A stretch of 44,984 bases of DNA from an uncultured Candidatus Bathyarchaeia archaeon (GCA_964499825.1 CAZCOP010000001.1:1-44984); one strand, 5' to 3'. Positions 8,357-18,332 are shown, counted from the first letter of the stretch. Program-made: numbers and translations. Notes: generated by a model not told the origin, from the letters alone.

Positions 8357-9361
8357 TTACCAGTCCCCGTCGCTCCTCTCCCCCTTCTCCGTCTTCTTTG
8401 GTGTTATCTGGTCTAGTGGTAGAACCTGCCTCGGCTCGTAGACGACGAGTCCCTGAGCCAGCCTCCTCAGGGTTGGGAGGAGCTGGAGGAACTGATCCTT
8501 GTCGATGACCGTATTAACCGAGTACCAGTCCTTATCGGATAGGGGCGCTACGGTCGGCCTCTTCAACGCCGGAAGCCTCTCCAGCAGCCTTGGGAGGTTC
8601 TCCCTGCTCACGTTGACGAAGATGTGTAGCTTCTTCCTACCGTCTACGACGCCGCGGAGTAGGGTCAGTATGTCATATATCTTCTCACGCTTCTCCGGGT
8701 CCTTCAGGGACGACTTGTTCGCTATCAACACAGCCGTCGACTCCATGACAGTCTCGATCGGTTTCAGGTCGTTCTGCTCTAGGGTTGTGCCTGTCTCTAT
8801 AACCTCGAAGATGGCGTCTGCATCCTCGGGTGGTTTGGCCTCCGTGGCCCCGAAGGATAGGTATATGAGGACCCTATCGTTGTCGCCCTTCCTCCACCAC
8901 GGTGTGACCATGACCGGGTCTGAGTCGCCGTAGAGCCTACGGTAAGCCTCGTTGCCCTTCAGGTACTGGGCTGTCAGGTTTAGGTACTCCGTTGATATCC
9001 TCAGCGGCTTCCCCTCACGCGCGAACTCCTCTATCAGGCTTTTCAGGGAGTTTATCTTCCTCCAAGACTTTGGGACTGCGACCACAAGCCTGACGTGGGA
9101 GTGTTCGAGGTTTAGTAGAACCTCGACTTCCGCTCCGGTCTCCCTAACCCAGTCCAGCCCGGTTATCCCCACATCCTGTAGCCCCTCGCTTACAAAGATG
9201 GGTATCTCCTGAGGCCTCAATACCTTCAGCTCTATCTCCGGGTCGTTTATGGTTGGGCGGTAGGTCCTCTCCTCCCCTGTGATCACATATCCAGCCCTCC
9301 TCAGCGTCTGGAGCGTAGGCTCGGCTAGGTGTCCCTTCGGTATGGCAAATCTAACCTTCAC
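8357..9361 (-). CDS. hisG: ATP phosphoribosyltransferase, long form with C-terminal regulatory domain
   Basis: 334 aa with a GTG start. The N-terminal core (..FAIPKG.L...TL..L..AG.., DVGITGLDWV.E) and LRISTEYLNLT match HisG. It is the first gene of the operon. Confidence 0.85.
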   Translation of the reverse strand: MKVRFAIPKGHLAEPTLQTLRRAGYVITGEERTYRPTINDPEIELKVLRPQEIPIFVSEGLQDVGITGLDWVRETGAEVEVLLNLEHSHVRLVVAVPKSWRKINSLKSLIEEFAREGKPLRISTEYLNLTAQYLKGNEAYRRLYGDSDPVMVTPWWRKGDNDRVLIYLSFGATEAKPPEDADAIFEVIETGTTLEQNDLKPIETVMESTAVLIANKSSLKDPEKREKIYDILTLLRGVVDGRKKLHIFVNVSRENLPRLLERLPALKRPTVAPLSDKDWYSVNTVIDKDQFLQLLPTLRRLAQGLVVYEPRQVLPLDQITPKKTEKGERSDGDW

Positions 9362-9635
9362 CGTTCAAACCCACCATAGACTCGTATTTAGAAGAGTATA
9401 TGCTTTGCCGTCTGGTTGAAGTGAGGGAGGCCAATTGCAGCAGGATTGGAAACTTTAAGAACGAGACTAAACGAGCGGGTTCAATCGTGATGTCTAGTAT
9501 GGAGCTGTCTCCGCGGAACCTACGGATGAACGTAGTCGCCCCTTGTGAACTCGATCCCTCACTTCACACCACTGCAGAAATAGGCATCTGATTTAAGATA
9601 TAAAGCTTTCTACCAATCCAGCTCCTCTGAGCCTC

Positions 9636-10478
9636 TCACCGTTTCTTCCCCATATACTTGGCCAGGGCTGTCTCGACATCTAAGCCCTCATGGACTATCC
9701 CGCAGAGAACCCTAACCATCCCCGTTGGGTTCTCATGCTGGAAGACGTTCCTCCCGGCCGCTACGCCAGCTCCTCCAGCCTGTATGGAGTCATAGACCAT
9801 CTGGCAGAACTCCTCATCGGTCTTCGTCTTAGGTCCGCCCGCCATCACCACCGGCACAGGGCATCCCTTCACAACCTCCCTGAAGGTGTCGGGATCCCCT
9901 GTGTAGTTCGTCTTTATTATGTCCGCTCCGAGTTCGGCTCCTATCCTAGCCGCATGCCTCACAACCTCCACGTCGTATTCGTTCTTTATCTTCCTACCCC
10001 TAGGGTACATCATAGCTAGGAGGGGCATACCCCACTCTTCACACTGCTTGGCAACCTGACCGAGAATCCTCAGCTGTTCTGGTTCTGTATCTGAGCCTAC
10101 ATTTATGTGTATAGAGACCGCGTCTGCCCCGAGCTTTATTGCCTCTATGACATCCGCCACTAGAACCTTATTGTTTGGGTCCGGCCCGAGCAGTGTGCTT
10201 CCAGATAGGTGCATTATCAACCCTATATCCCTGCCGTACCCTCTATATCCAGCCTTTATTATCCCTTTATGAAGTAGAACGGCGTTTGCTCCCCCCTCGG
10301 CAACCTGGTTCACTATGCTCCTCATGTCATAGAGCCCCTTTATCGGCCCCATAGTTATCCCGTGGTCCATGGGTATTATCACCGTCTTCTTTGTGTTTCT
10401 GTTTATAACCCTGTCGAGCCTTATCCTCTTCCCTATCCCGGTCATTCTCTCACGCCCGGAAGGATCAAGTTTAACCAT
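9636..10478 (-). CDS. fba: Archaeal class I aldolase of the DhnA/FbaB family (fructose-bisphosphate aldolase, or the related ADH synthase)
   Basis: 280 aa. [26 protein letters not shown] (Schiff-base Lys region) and GRN.FQ are present. It is divergent from a phosphoglucose isomerase gene, which favours FBP aldolase. Confidence 0.7.
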   Translation of the reverse strand: MVKLDPSGRERMTGIGKRIRLDRVINRNTKKTVIIPMDHGITMGPIKGLYDMRSIVNQVAEGGANAVLLHKGIIKAGYRGYGRDIGLIMHLSGSTLLGPDPNNKVLVADVIEAIKLGADAVSIHINVGSDTEPEQLRILGQVAKQCEEWGMPLLAMMYPRGRKIKNEYDVEVVRHAARIGAELGADIIKTNYTGDPDTFREVVKGCPVPVVMAGGPKTKTDEEFCQMVYDSIQAGGAGVAAGRNVFQHENPTGMVRVLCGIVHEGLDVETALAKYMGKKR

Positions 10479-10637
10479 CTTACATATGAACTGCTTTATA
10501 AAATTTCGATTTCATCATCTGGATTTTTTGTGTGCGCCTAAACGGCTGTGTCAGGAAACCTCACGGAAGGGTTTAGAAACTTTTATCTCCCTCAACTTCA
10601 AACTTAACTCCAAAAAAGAGGAGGTTCTCATTTCCAA

Positions 10638-11222
10638 TTGGCAAACTCGATAATCTACCTCACAACAGTCATAGACGGGGCTAGAGGCTTAAAACCGTAT
10701 AAGAGGAAGCTCACGAGGAGATTAAGCGACCTCCATGGATGCTTCCTCGATAAGGAGCTGGTTGAGGACATTCTCTCCAAGGGGGAGGACCCAATAATCT
10801 ACGAGGTCTATGAGGTACCGCAGGAACCAATCGACGGGTTGCTGAGTATAGGCTGCACGGTAATATACCCGGGTAAGGTAGGGGATGAATACTACTTCAC
10901 GAAGGGGCACTTCCACGTGAAGGAGAGTGCAAGTGAGGTCTACATAGGGGTTGAGGGTGAGGGTATAATCCTAATGCAGAACAGGGATGGCGAGACCGCA
11001 TACTCTAGGATAGAACCCAACGTTATCGTTTACATACCGCCAGGTGTGGCCCACAGAGCCATAAACGTAGGTTCGGGGAAGCTTGTCTTTCTGGCTGTAT
11101 ACCCATCAGATGCTGGACATGATTATGGCAGTATAGAGAAGATGGGCTTCGCGAAGCTTGTTGTTGAGAGGGATGGTAAACCCGAGGTTGTGGATAACCC
11201 AAACTACGTTAAGGCCTCGTAG
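10638..11222 (+). CDS. pgiA: Cupin-type glucose-6-phosphate isomerase
   Basis: 194 aa. RRLSDL.G.F.D, TVIYPGKVG.EYYFTKGHFH, YIPPGVAHR.INVG and AVYP.DAGHDYG..E..GF closely track the Pyrococcus-type cupin PGI as I recall it. The TTG start is 14 nt after gaggagg. Confidence 0.85.
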   Translation: MANSIIYLTTVIDGARGLKPYKRKLTRRLSDLHGCFLDKELVEDILSKGEDPIIYEVYEVPQEPIDGLLSIGCTVIYPGKVGDEYYFTKGHFHVKESASEVYIGVEGEGIILMQNRDGETAYSRIEPNVIVYIPPGVAHRAINVGSGKLVFLAVYPSDAGHDYGSIEKMGFAKLVVERDGKPEVVDNPNYVKAS

Positions 11223-11226
11223 GAGT

Positions 11227-11520
11227 CTACCAGTAGACGGTCTCCGTCGGTCTGCCTTCGAGTACCGCCTCGGTCTCCTCCGGTTCTAGGGTCTTCCTAA
11301 CGCCGAGCTTGTAGTGCCAGTCGTAACAGCAGTAGCGGACGAGTTTGATCCGCTTCCCCTTTAAGTGGTCTGGTATAACCTCATCTGGGGTTCGCTTTGA
11401 GAAGTTTGTCAACTCAACGGTGAAGATGCACTTCTCCCACCTATCCCCATACTCGTCGGTTATGTACTCACCCGTCCTCTCGATGTCCACAACCCTTCCC
11501 TGCAACTTTCTAACCTTCAA
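11227..11520 (-). CDS. Hypothetical protein
   Basis: 97-aa ORF with coding-like composition and no motif I recognise. Confidence 0.4.
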   Translation of the reverse strand: MKVRKLQGRVVDIERTGEYITDEYGDRWEKCIFTVELTNFSKRTPDEVIPDHLKGKRIKLVRYCCYDWHYKLGVRKTLEPEETEAVLEGRPTETVYW

Positions 11521-11750
11521 CCGAGACCACCTTTTGGAGATATAGAGGGCCGTGGATATTAGTCTTGCGGGTTAATCATGAAGGTTTAAATCTCATGCAC
11601 ACCAGAAGTGGTAACTCTCGTCACATTTTCAAACTCTTCTCTCAATTATAACTTAAATTCTGCCCCTCTCGTAACGGTTGGCATCAATATATTTAAGTGA
11701 GGCTTCCCATCTCTTCTAGAGGATGAGGAATAGCCTGGAGAGGTGGACGT

Positions 11751-12056
11751 GTGGGGAAGAAGAAGGTAATCAGCGAGGAAGAGCTCGACGAGATGGTCCT
11801 CCCCGTGGCGAATGACATCCTCGGGATAGCTGTGAAGCTGCTCGGCTACGACAGGGTCCTCGTTAGATGCCAGGATGGACGTGAGAGAATCTGCCGCATA
11901 AGGGGGAAGATGAAGAGAAGGGTCTGGGTAAGGGTTGGGGACGTGGTCTTAGTATCTCCATGGGACTTCCAATCTGACACGAGGGGCGACATAATCTGGC
12001 GTTACACGAAGGGACAGGCTGAGTTACTGCGTAAGAAGGGGCTCCTAACGATCTGA
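11751..12056 (+). CDS. eif1a: Translation initiation factor aIF-1A
   Basis: 101 aa. ..VLVRC.DG.ER.CRIRGKM.RRVW...GDVVLVSPWDFQ.. is the S1-like eIF1A fold signature. The start is GTG. Confidence 0.9.
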   Translation: MGKKKVISEEELDEMVLPVANDILGIAVKLLGYDRVLVRCQDGRERICRIRGKMKRRVWVRVGDVVLVSPWDFQSDTRGDIIWRYTKGQAELLRKKGLLTI

Positions 12057-12075
12057 TGGTTGACGGTGGCAATCG

Positions 12076-12870
12076 ATGGGTGTTGAGGATAGGGTTAGGA
12101 AGAGGCTTGAGAGGAAGGAGAGGACCTATGAGACCGAGCAGCTGATGAAGGAGAAGAGGAGCGAGGAGTATGAGGTCCTAGAGGAGGTCTTCGACAGGTC
12201 CACCTTGATGACGATATACGACCTCATGAATAAGGGTGTTATAGATGAGATATACGGCGTAGTGAAAGCCGGGAAGGAGTCGAGGATCTACTACGGAAAA
12301 GGCCTCAAGGGCGAGGAGTTAGCGATAAAGATATACCTAACAGTCTCAGCCGAGTTTAGGAGGGGGATGCTCCCATACATACTTGGAGACCCACGCTTCA
12401 AGAACGTGAAGAGGAGCGGGAGACACCTAATCTATGCATGGGCCCAGAAGGAGTTTAAGAACCTCAAGCTGGCCTACGAAGCTGGGGTCAGGGTGCCGGA
12501 GCCGATCCACGTCCAGAACAATGTCCTAGTAATGGAGTTCATAGGGGAGGATGGAATAAGCGCACCGATACTGAAGGAGGCTGAGATAGAGAGGCCGAAG
12601 GCTGTATACCGCAAGCTGATAGAGGCTGTTGAGAAGCTTTATAAGGGGGCGAAGCTGGTCCATGGAGACCTGAGCGAATATAACATCATGATATGGGACG
12701 GTGAACCCGTAATCTTCGATATATCACAGGCGGTCTCCCTAGAGCATCCCAATGCAACCCAGTACCTGATAAGGGATCTAGAGAACCTAAACCGGTACTT
12801 CAGGAGGATGGGTGTAGATGTTACGCCTGTCGATGAGCTCTTCAGGAGGATAACAGGCGGTGAGATATAA
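12076..12870 (+). CDS. rio1: RIO-type serine/threonine protein kinase (Rio1)
   Basis: 264 aa. GKESRIY, A.KIY, LVHGDLSEYNIM and IFD.SQAV are RIO kinase motifs. It sits in the conserved eIF1A-Rio-KH neighbourhood. Confidence 0.88.
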   Translation: MGVEDRVRKRLERKERTYETEQLMKEKRSEEYEVLEEVFDRSTLMTIYDLMNKGVIDEIYGVVKAGKESRIYYGKGLKGEELAIKIYLTVSAEFRRGMLPYILGDPRFKNVKRSGRHLIYAWAQKEFKNLKLAYEAGVRVPEPIHVQNNVLVMEFIGEDGISAPILKEAEIERPKAVYRKLIEAVEKLYKGAKLVHGDLSEYNIMIWDGEPVIFDISQAVSLEHPNATQYLIRDLENLNRYFRRMGVDVTPVDELFRRITGGEI

Positions 12871-13447
12871 CACATTCATAAAGATACCGAAGGAGAGGAT
12901 AGGCGTCCTGATAGGACCGAAGGGCTCAGTGAAGGAGTTGATAGAGAGAAGACTCAATGTTGAGTTGGACATCGACAGCAAGACCGGGGATGTGGAGATA
13001 ACACTGAACGGGAACGCGGAGGATCCATCATTACTCTTCAGAGCTAAAGATGTGGTTAGGGCGATAGGTAGGGGCTTCTCACCCGAGAGGGCCTTCAAGC
13101 TCCTAGAGGATGAAGATAAGGTCTTCGAGATGATAGACCTAAGGGATATCTTCGGTAGGTCTCAATCTAACATAAAGAGGGTTAAGGGTCGAATAATAGG
13201 CAAGGATGGGAAGACTAGGCGTATAATAGAGGAGCTGACGGGAGCCCTACTCTCGGTATACGGGGACACAGTATCCATAATAGGGAATATAGAACAGGTT
13301 GAGACGGCCCGTGAAGCCGTAAAGATGCTGATAAAGGGGAGCCAGCACAGGACTGTCTACAAGTTCCTGCAGAGGAAGAGGCATGAGCTGAAGAAGAGGA
13401 GGCTTGAGCTCTGGGAAACTGACACCCTAAAAAGCCTAGAAATATAA
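12860..13447 (+). CDS. KH-domain RNA-binding protein (Dim2/Pno1-like)
   Basis: 195 aa with two KH GxxG loops (IGPKGS, IGKDGKT). The GTG start overlaps the end of rio1. Confidence 0.8.
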   Translation: MRYNTFIKIPKERIGVLIGPKGSVKELIERRLNVELDIDSKTGDVEITLNGNAEDPSLLFRAKDVVRAIGRGFSPERAFKLLEDEDKVFEMIDLRDIFGRSQSNIKRVKGRIIGKDGKTRRIIEELTGALLSVYGDTVSIIGNIEQVETAREAVKMLIKGSQHRTVYKFLQRKRHELKKRRLELWETDTLKSLEI

Positions 13448-13480
13448 TATAAATACCCAACCTCTAACACTAATTGTAAC

Positions 13481-15337
13481 TTGAAATCAATTGATAAATC
13501 CAGTTTAAATATAGAGTTGAAGGAGGACGGGAAGATAACCCAAGTATTTAGAGAGATAAGCCCTGCGGACTTCTTCTACAGGAATAGGGAGATAGCTGGC
13601 TTCACAAATCCGACTAGGGCTATATTCTCAGCTGTTAGGGAGATGGTTGAGAACTCCCTAGATGCGGCTGAGGTTGTAGGCGTTCCACCCGACATCTACA
13701 TCCGCATATCACATGACAACCCCGATGAGAATCTGCACGCCTACACTATAAGGGTTGAGGATAACGGCTCCGGGATTCCACCCCACCACGTCCCCCTAGC
13801 CTTCGGTCAGTTCCTCTTCAGCTCTAAGTACGTGTTGAAGCAGGCTAGGGGAACCTTCGGGCTTGGGGGTACGATGGCCATCCTCTATGGGCAGATAACA
13901 ACCAATAAGGCCGTCCGGATAGTCTCGAGCACGGGTAAGTCGAGGATATGCGAGTACTTGTTGATGATAGATATCGAGAGGAACCGCCCCATAATCCTCA
14001 ACCGCAAGTTGTACCCTAACCGAGCTGGGTGGCATGGCACAATAGTTGAGTTCCATCTTGAGGGAGACTACTACAAGGCGATGCCTAGAATACTTGAATA
14101 CCTGAAGCAGACGGCCATAGTCAACCCATACGCCAACATAACCTTCGTGGATCCGAGGGGAAGGCTATACCTGTTCCTCCGCAAGTCTACGGAGATGCCT
14201 CCTCCCCCGAAGGAGACGCTCCCACACCCACACGGCGTAGACGTCGAGATGATGCAGAGGATAATACGCGCGACCAAATGTAAGACTATGCTGGACTTCA
14301 TGAGGGTCCACTTCCACAGGGTTAGGGAGAGGAGGGGTATAGCCCGCAAGTTCCTCAAGTTTGCTGGTGTAGACCCTAAGAGGAACCCGAAGACCTTAAA
14401 GCCGGATGAGATCGTTGAGTTAGTCCAGGCTATGAAGGAGTTCGACGAGTTCCTTCCACCGGATGCGAGCTGCCTCTCACCCTTGGGGGAGAGCCTCCTA
14501 AGAACCGGTATATTGAAGGAGCTCGAGCCGGAGTTCGTCGCGGTCCGTCAACGTAAGCCGTCAGCATACTCGGGTCACCCCTTCATAGTTGAGGTTGGGA
14601 TAGCATATGGGGGTAAGGTCCCTGTTAAGGGTGACATAACCCTATACAGGTTCGCAAACAAGATACCCCTAATCTACGACGAGTCCGGGGATGTCTCATG
14701 GAAGATAATCAAGTCGATAAACTGGAGGCGTTACGGGGTTAACCCCGGTATGCCGATAGCCGTCTTCGTCCACCTCTGCAGCACGAAGGTTCCATACAAG
14801 ACGGTTGGTAAGGAGTTCATAGCTGACATACCAGAGGTGAGCAGGGAGATAGCGAATGGGATAAGGGATGTGGCCCGTCAACTAAAGCGGTACCTGTCAC
14901 GTAGGGAGTATGTGGAGAAGCAGAGGAGGAGGCTGAGCATCTTCTCAAGGTATCTACCGAAGATCGCGAGGTTCTCGGCTGAGCTGGCGAGCTCTGAGAG
15001 GATGCCTGACGTAAATAAGCTCTATAAGAGGCAGATGGTCTTCTCGGACTACGTGACGACGAATGAGTACGTTGACAGCGAGGTCTTCGATGCTAAGCCG
15101 TACAGGACGATACTGGTCTACGTCAAGAATAAGCACAGTGAAAACTCGGTGAATGTTAGGATTCTGGGCTTCACGGGTAAAAAATGGAGGGAACTCATAC
15201 CAGAGGTGATCCTGAGCGCCGGGTCGGAGCTTTATGAGATGTTGAAGGAGGGTGTAAGCCTAGTCAAGGTACAGGCCAAGTCGGCGTCGATGAATAAGGA
15301 GGGAATAATAGAGGCCTCCATAGAGGGGTTGAGGTAA
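13481..15337 (+). CDS. top6B: DNA topoisomerase VI subunit B (long form with C-terminal extension)
   Basis: 618 aa. The GHKL ATPase motifs (ENSLDA, DNG.GI, GTFGLGG) are present, and top6A follows. Confidence 0.9.
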   Translation: MKSIDKSSLNIELKEDGKITQVFREISPADFFYRNREIAGFTNPTRAIFSAVREMVENSLDAAEVVGVPPDIYIRISHDNPDENLHAYTIRVEDNGSGIPPHHVPLAFGQFLFSSKYVLKQARGTFGLGGTMAILYGQITTNKAVRIVSSTGKSRICEYLLMIDIERNRPIILNRKLYPNRAGWHGTIVEFHLEGDYYKAMPRILEYLKQTAIVNPYANITFVDPRGRLYLFLRKSTEMPPPPKETLPHPHGVDVEMMQRIIRATKCKTMLDFMRVHFHRVRERRGIARKFLKFAGVDPKRNPKTLKPDEIVELVQAMKEFDEFLPPDASCLSPLGESLLRTGILKELEPEFVAVRQRKPSAYSGHPFIVEVGIAYGGKVPVKGDITLYRFANKIPLIYDESGDVSWKIIKSINWRRYGVNPGMPIAVFVHLCSTKVPYKTVGKEFIADIPEVSREIANGIRDVARQLKRYLSRREYVEKQRRRLSIFSRYLPKIARFSAELASSERMPDVNKLYKRQMVFSDYVTTNEYVDSEVFDAKPYRTILVYVKNKHSENSVNVRILGFTGKKWRELIPEVILSAGSELYEMLKEGVSLVKVQAKSASMNKEGIIEASIEGLR

Positions 15338-15375
15338 TCTGAGTGGATAATGATCAGTAGAAGAAGAGAGGGGTT

Positions 15376-16470
15376 ATGAGTAAATTGAGCCCGAAGGTTA
15401 AGAGTTTAGACCGGAAGGAACTGGTCGTTAAGAGCTTGGAGGAGATAGGTAGGAGAGTATGCGAGCAGATAGAGAACGGCGAGTTTCCCTGGATAGAGAT
15501 GAAGAGCAGGTCGACGAGCAACATATTCTATAGCCCCGAGCTTAGGCAGTACGCCCTCGGCGAGAAGACTATTAAGAGGAGCGCCAGGGTTGTCAGCCAC
15601 CTACGTCCCTTCACACAGATGGTCTGGACCGCCTACTTCGTCCGTGAACTGATAAGGCAGAGGAAGACGAGCACCCTGAGGGATGTCTACTACTCGGCGC
15701 AGGCCTACGATATAGCCTTCGACAACCAGTCGGAGTCGGATAACATAATCACCGACCTAGAGACGGTGATAGGTTACCCACGTGAGGACTTCAACGTCTT
15801 CCCTGAGGAGCGTTCAGCGGTGTTCGGCGACCTAACCATCCGGTATACTGTTCCGGGATACGAGAATAGACGGTTAAACCTGACATCACATCCGGATGGT
15901 ATGATGATAGGCCCAGCCCTAACAAACGCCAAGTTCGTGAAGACGACGGCCGATAAGGTCATAGTCATCGAGAAGGGCGCCATGTTCACAAGGTTCATAG
16001 AAGAACAGGTTTACAAGAAGTTCAACGCCATACTGATCTACACCTCAGGCCAAGCGCCACGTTCAACCAGATACTTCATAAGGAGGCTGAACAGTGAGCT
16101 TGGGCTCCCAGTCTACATATTCACCGATGCGGACCCGTGGGGTATGCATATAGCCATGGTCATAATCTCAGGCTCGGCGAATGCGGCCCATCTAAGGGAG
16201 TTGACGACCCCAGATGCCGAGTGGGCGGGGGTCTGGGCGTCGGATATAGTCAACTACAAGCTGCCGAGCGAGAAGCTGAGCCCGCTGGACATAAAGAGGT
16301 TGAGTGAACTCAGTAAGGACCCGAGGTATAAGGGTGGCATATGGCAGAGGGAGATAGCGAACTTCATGAAGATAAAGAAGAAGTGTGAGCTTGAGGCCTT
16401 CTCGAGGTATGGGCTCACCCACATAGTTGATAAGTACCTGCCGGAGAGGTTGAGCGAGCTGGGTGCCTAG
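15376..16470 (+). CDS. top6A: DNA topoisomerase VI subunit A (Spo11 homologue)
   Basis: 364 aa. The catalytic region (RDVYY) and the Toprim region (VIVIEKGA.F, IFTDADPWG) are present. Confidence 0.9.
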   Translation: MSKLSPKVKSLDRKELVVKSLEEIGRRVCEQIENGEFPWIEMKSRSTSNIFYSPELRQYALGEKTIKRSARVVSHLRPFTQMVWTAYFVRELIRQRKTSTLRDVYYSAQAYDIAFDNQSESDNIITDLETVIGYPREDFNVFPEERSAVFGDLTIRYTVPGYENRRLNLTSHPDGMMIGPALTNAKFVKTTADKVIVIEKGAMFTRFIEEQVYKKFNAILIYTSGQAPRSTRYFIRRLNSELGLPVYIFTDADPWGMHIAMVIISGSANAAHLRELTTPDAEWAGVWASDIVNYKLPSEKLSPLDIKRLSELSKDPRYKGGIWQREIANFMKIKKKCELEAFSRYGLTHIVDKYLPERLSELGA

Positions 16471-16497
16471 ATAATTCCTCGTTAGGGGGCTGGTTGG

Positions 16498-16695
16498 TTG
16501 AGTGAGGATACGCCGACGGGTCTGATACTGGCCGAAAAGTTGATGGGTATAATCATCTTGATAATAGGTGTTCTCCTCTCCTATTACACGTACGAGAACA
16601 TCGAGGCCGCTGGAGTATCAGCCGGCGTATTCATAATAGCCGGGATAGCCCTGATAATCCTTGGAATAATTATGTTGATAGCAAAGACGAGTTAG
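16498..16695 (+). CDS. Small two-helix membrane protein
   Basis: 65 aa with two hydrophobic spans (GIIILIIGVLLSYY, VFIIAGIALIILGIIMLI). The start is uncertain (TTG). Confidence 0.4.
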   Translation: MSEDTPTGLILAEKLMGIIILIIGVLLSYYTYENIEAAGVSAGVFIIAGIALIILGIIMLIAKTS

Positions 16696-16782
16696 TTTAT
16701 TACGTCCACCAGCCTCCATGCACTCACCCTCCTTTTTGTAGGAAATCTTTATCTCAGACCTAACCATAAAGACCTTGGAGCT

Positions 16783-17601
16783 ATGTCAATTAGAGAGAAG
16801 AGACTACACCTTGAGATGGGGAGGGTCGTCTATGGACCTGTTAGGTCCAGGAGGTTCGGTCTATCACTTGGGATAAACCCGCTCCCCCTCATGAGGAAGA
16901 CTTGCTCCTTCGACTGTGTATACTGTCAGCTCGGTAGGACTGACAACCCACTTGTAGACCCAGGCGGGTTGAAGGATTACCCAACCCCAAACCGGATAGC
17001 CGATTCACTTAGGTGTAAGTTGAAGAGTTCAGGTTTAAACCTTGATGAGATAAACGTCGTAGCATTCTCAGGGAATGGGGAGCCAACCCTAAATCCTGAG
17101 CTTGGTGAATCCGTCAGGCGTGTGAGGGAGGTCTTAGGGGAATTCGGGTTAGACGTTCCGATAATAATACTGACAAACTCCTCCCTCCTGGGATGCGAGG
17201 TGGTCAGGGAGGGACTAGCCGAGTTCGATCTTGTCGTGGCCAAGCTTGACACGGCGGATCAGGAGAGGTTCCTCAGGATAAATAGACCCGTCGTTGATAT
17301 GGAGGTTATGGACATAATTAAGCACCTCACAACTTTGAAGAAGCTGATTGGGGATAGGCTCATCGTGCAGGTTATGGTTATAGACTCAACAGATGAGGGG
17401 TTGAGGAATTACGGACCTGAGGAAGCCTCTAGGATGGCTGAGCTCCTCTCGGATGTAAACCCAAAGCTAGTCCAGGTATACACGATAGATAGGCCCCCAT
17501 CAGAAAGCTCTGTCTTTAAGGCATCGGAGGAGAAACTCTCGATCGTGGCGGAAGCCCTAAAGGAGAGGCTTGGTGAGGGCCGCGTAAAGGTCTATTATTG
17601 A
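16783..17601 (+). CDS. Radical SAM protein
   Basis: 272 aa. CSFDCVYCQ (CxxxCxxC) is preceded by [17 protein letters not shown], and GNGEPTL is the SAM glycine-rich motif. Confidence 0.75.
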   Translation: MSIREKRLHLEMGRVVYGPVRSRRFGLSLGINPLPLMRKTCSFDCVYCQLGRTDNPLVDPGGLKDYPTPNRIADSLRCKLKSSGLNLDEINVVAFSGNGEPTLNPELGESVRRVREVLGEFGLDVPIIILTNSSLLGCEVVREGLAEFDLVVAKLDTADQERFLRINRPVVDMEVMDIIKHLTTLKKLIGDRLIVQVMVIDSTDEGLRNYGPEEASRMAELLSDVNPKLVQVYTIDRPPSESSVFKASEEKLSIVAEALKERLGEGRVKVYY

Positions 17602-18332
17602 CCGGTTTTTCTCCTCAACACCTCCAGAATCTCCTTTACAGCCCCCTCCAAACCCAAGAAGACAGCCCTCGAGATTATGCTGTGCCCTATACTAACCTCA
17701 AGGAGGTTGGGGAGCTCAGCGACTGGACCAAGGTTGCGGACGTTCAAACCGTGCCCCGCGTTGACCCCAAGGCCCAGCTCCCCCGCCACATGGGCGGCGT
17801 GGTTGAGCCTCTCCAGCTCCCTCTCCCTCTCCTCAGGGGTTGATGCCTCCGAGTACGCCCTCGTGTTCAGCTCCACCCTGTCGGCTCCAGCCTCCTTAGC
17901 GGCCCTAATCTGTTCATCATCCGGCTCGACAAAGATGCTGACCCTGATCCCGGCTTCACGCAGCCTCTTCACAGCCTCCTTAACGGCCTCCATATTCTTA
18001 ATTACGTCCAGCCCTCCCTCCGTCGTCCTCTCCCCCGGCCTCTCGGGTACTAGGGTGCACTGGTCAGGCTTCACCTCTAGGGCGAAGTTCACCATCTCCT
18101 CAGTAATGGCCATCTCGAGGTTCAACTCGGTCTTCACGATACTCCTGAGGAGGTGGACATCCCTCTCCTTTATGTGCCGCCTATCACCCCTAAGGTGGAC
18201 GGTTATCCCATCTGCCCCGGCGAGTTCACAGATGACTGCCGCCGCAACCGGGTCGGGTTCGACCCCTCCCCTAGCCTCACGGAGGGTGGCAACATGATCA
18301 ACGTTAACGCTGAGCCTAACCACCACGATCAC
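17595..18332 (-). CDS. pdxJ: Pyridoxine 5'-phosphate synthase
   Basis: 245 aa. [24 protein letters not shown]...[22 protein letters not shown] is nearly collinear with the bacterial PdxJ N-terminus as I recall it. There is a 7-nt convergent overlap with the radical SAM gene. Confidence 0.88.
   Translation of the reverse strand: MIVVVRLSVNVDHVATLREARGGVEPDPVAAAVICELAGADGITVHLRGDRRHIKERDVHLLRSIVKTELNLEMAITEEMVNFALEVKPDQCTLVPERPGERTTEGGLDVIKNMEAVKEAVKRLREAGIRVSIFVEPDDEQIRAAKEAGADRVELNTRAYSEASTPEERERELERLNHAAHVAGELGLGVNAGHGLNVRNLGPVAELPNLLEVSIGHSIISRAVFLGLEGAVKEILEVLRRKTGQ

Noticed and set aside
9470-9495. T-loop-like gcgggttcaatc suggesting a tRNA in the his/fba spacer.
   Set aside because: The following bases (gtgat) do not complement gcggg, and no acceptor or anticodon arms can be drawn around it.
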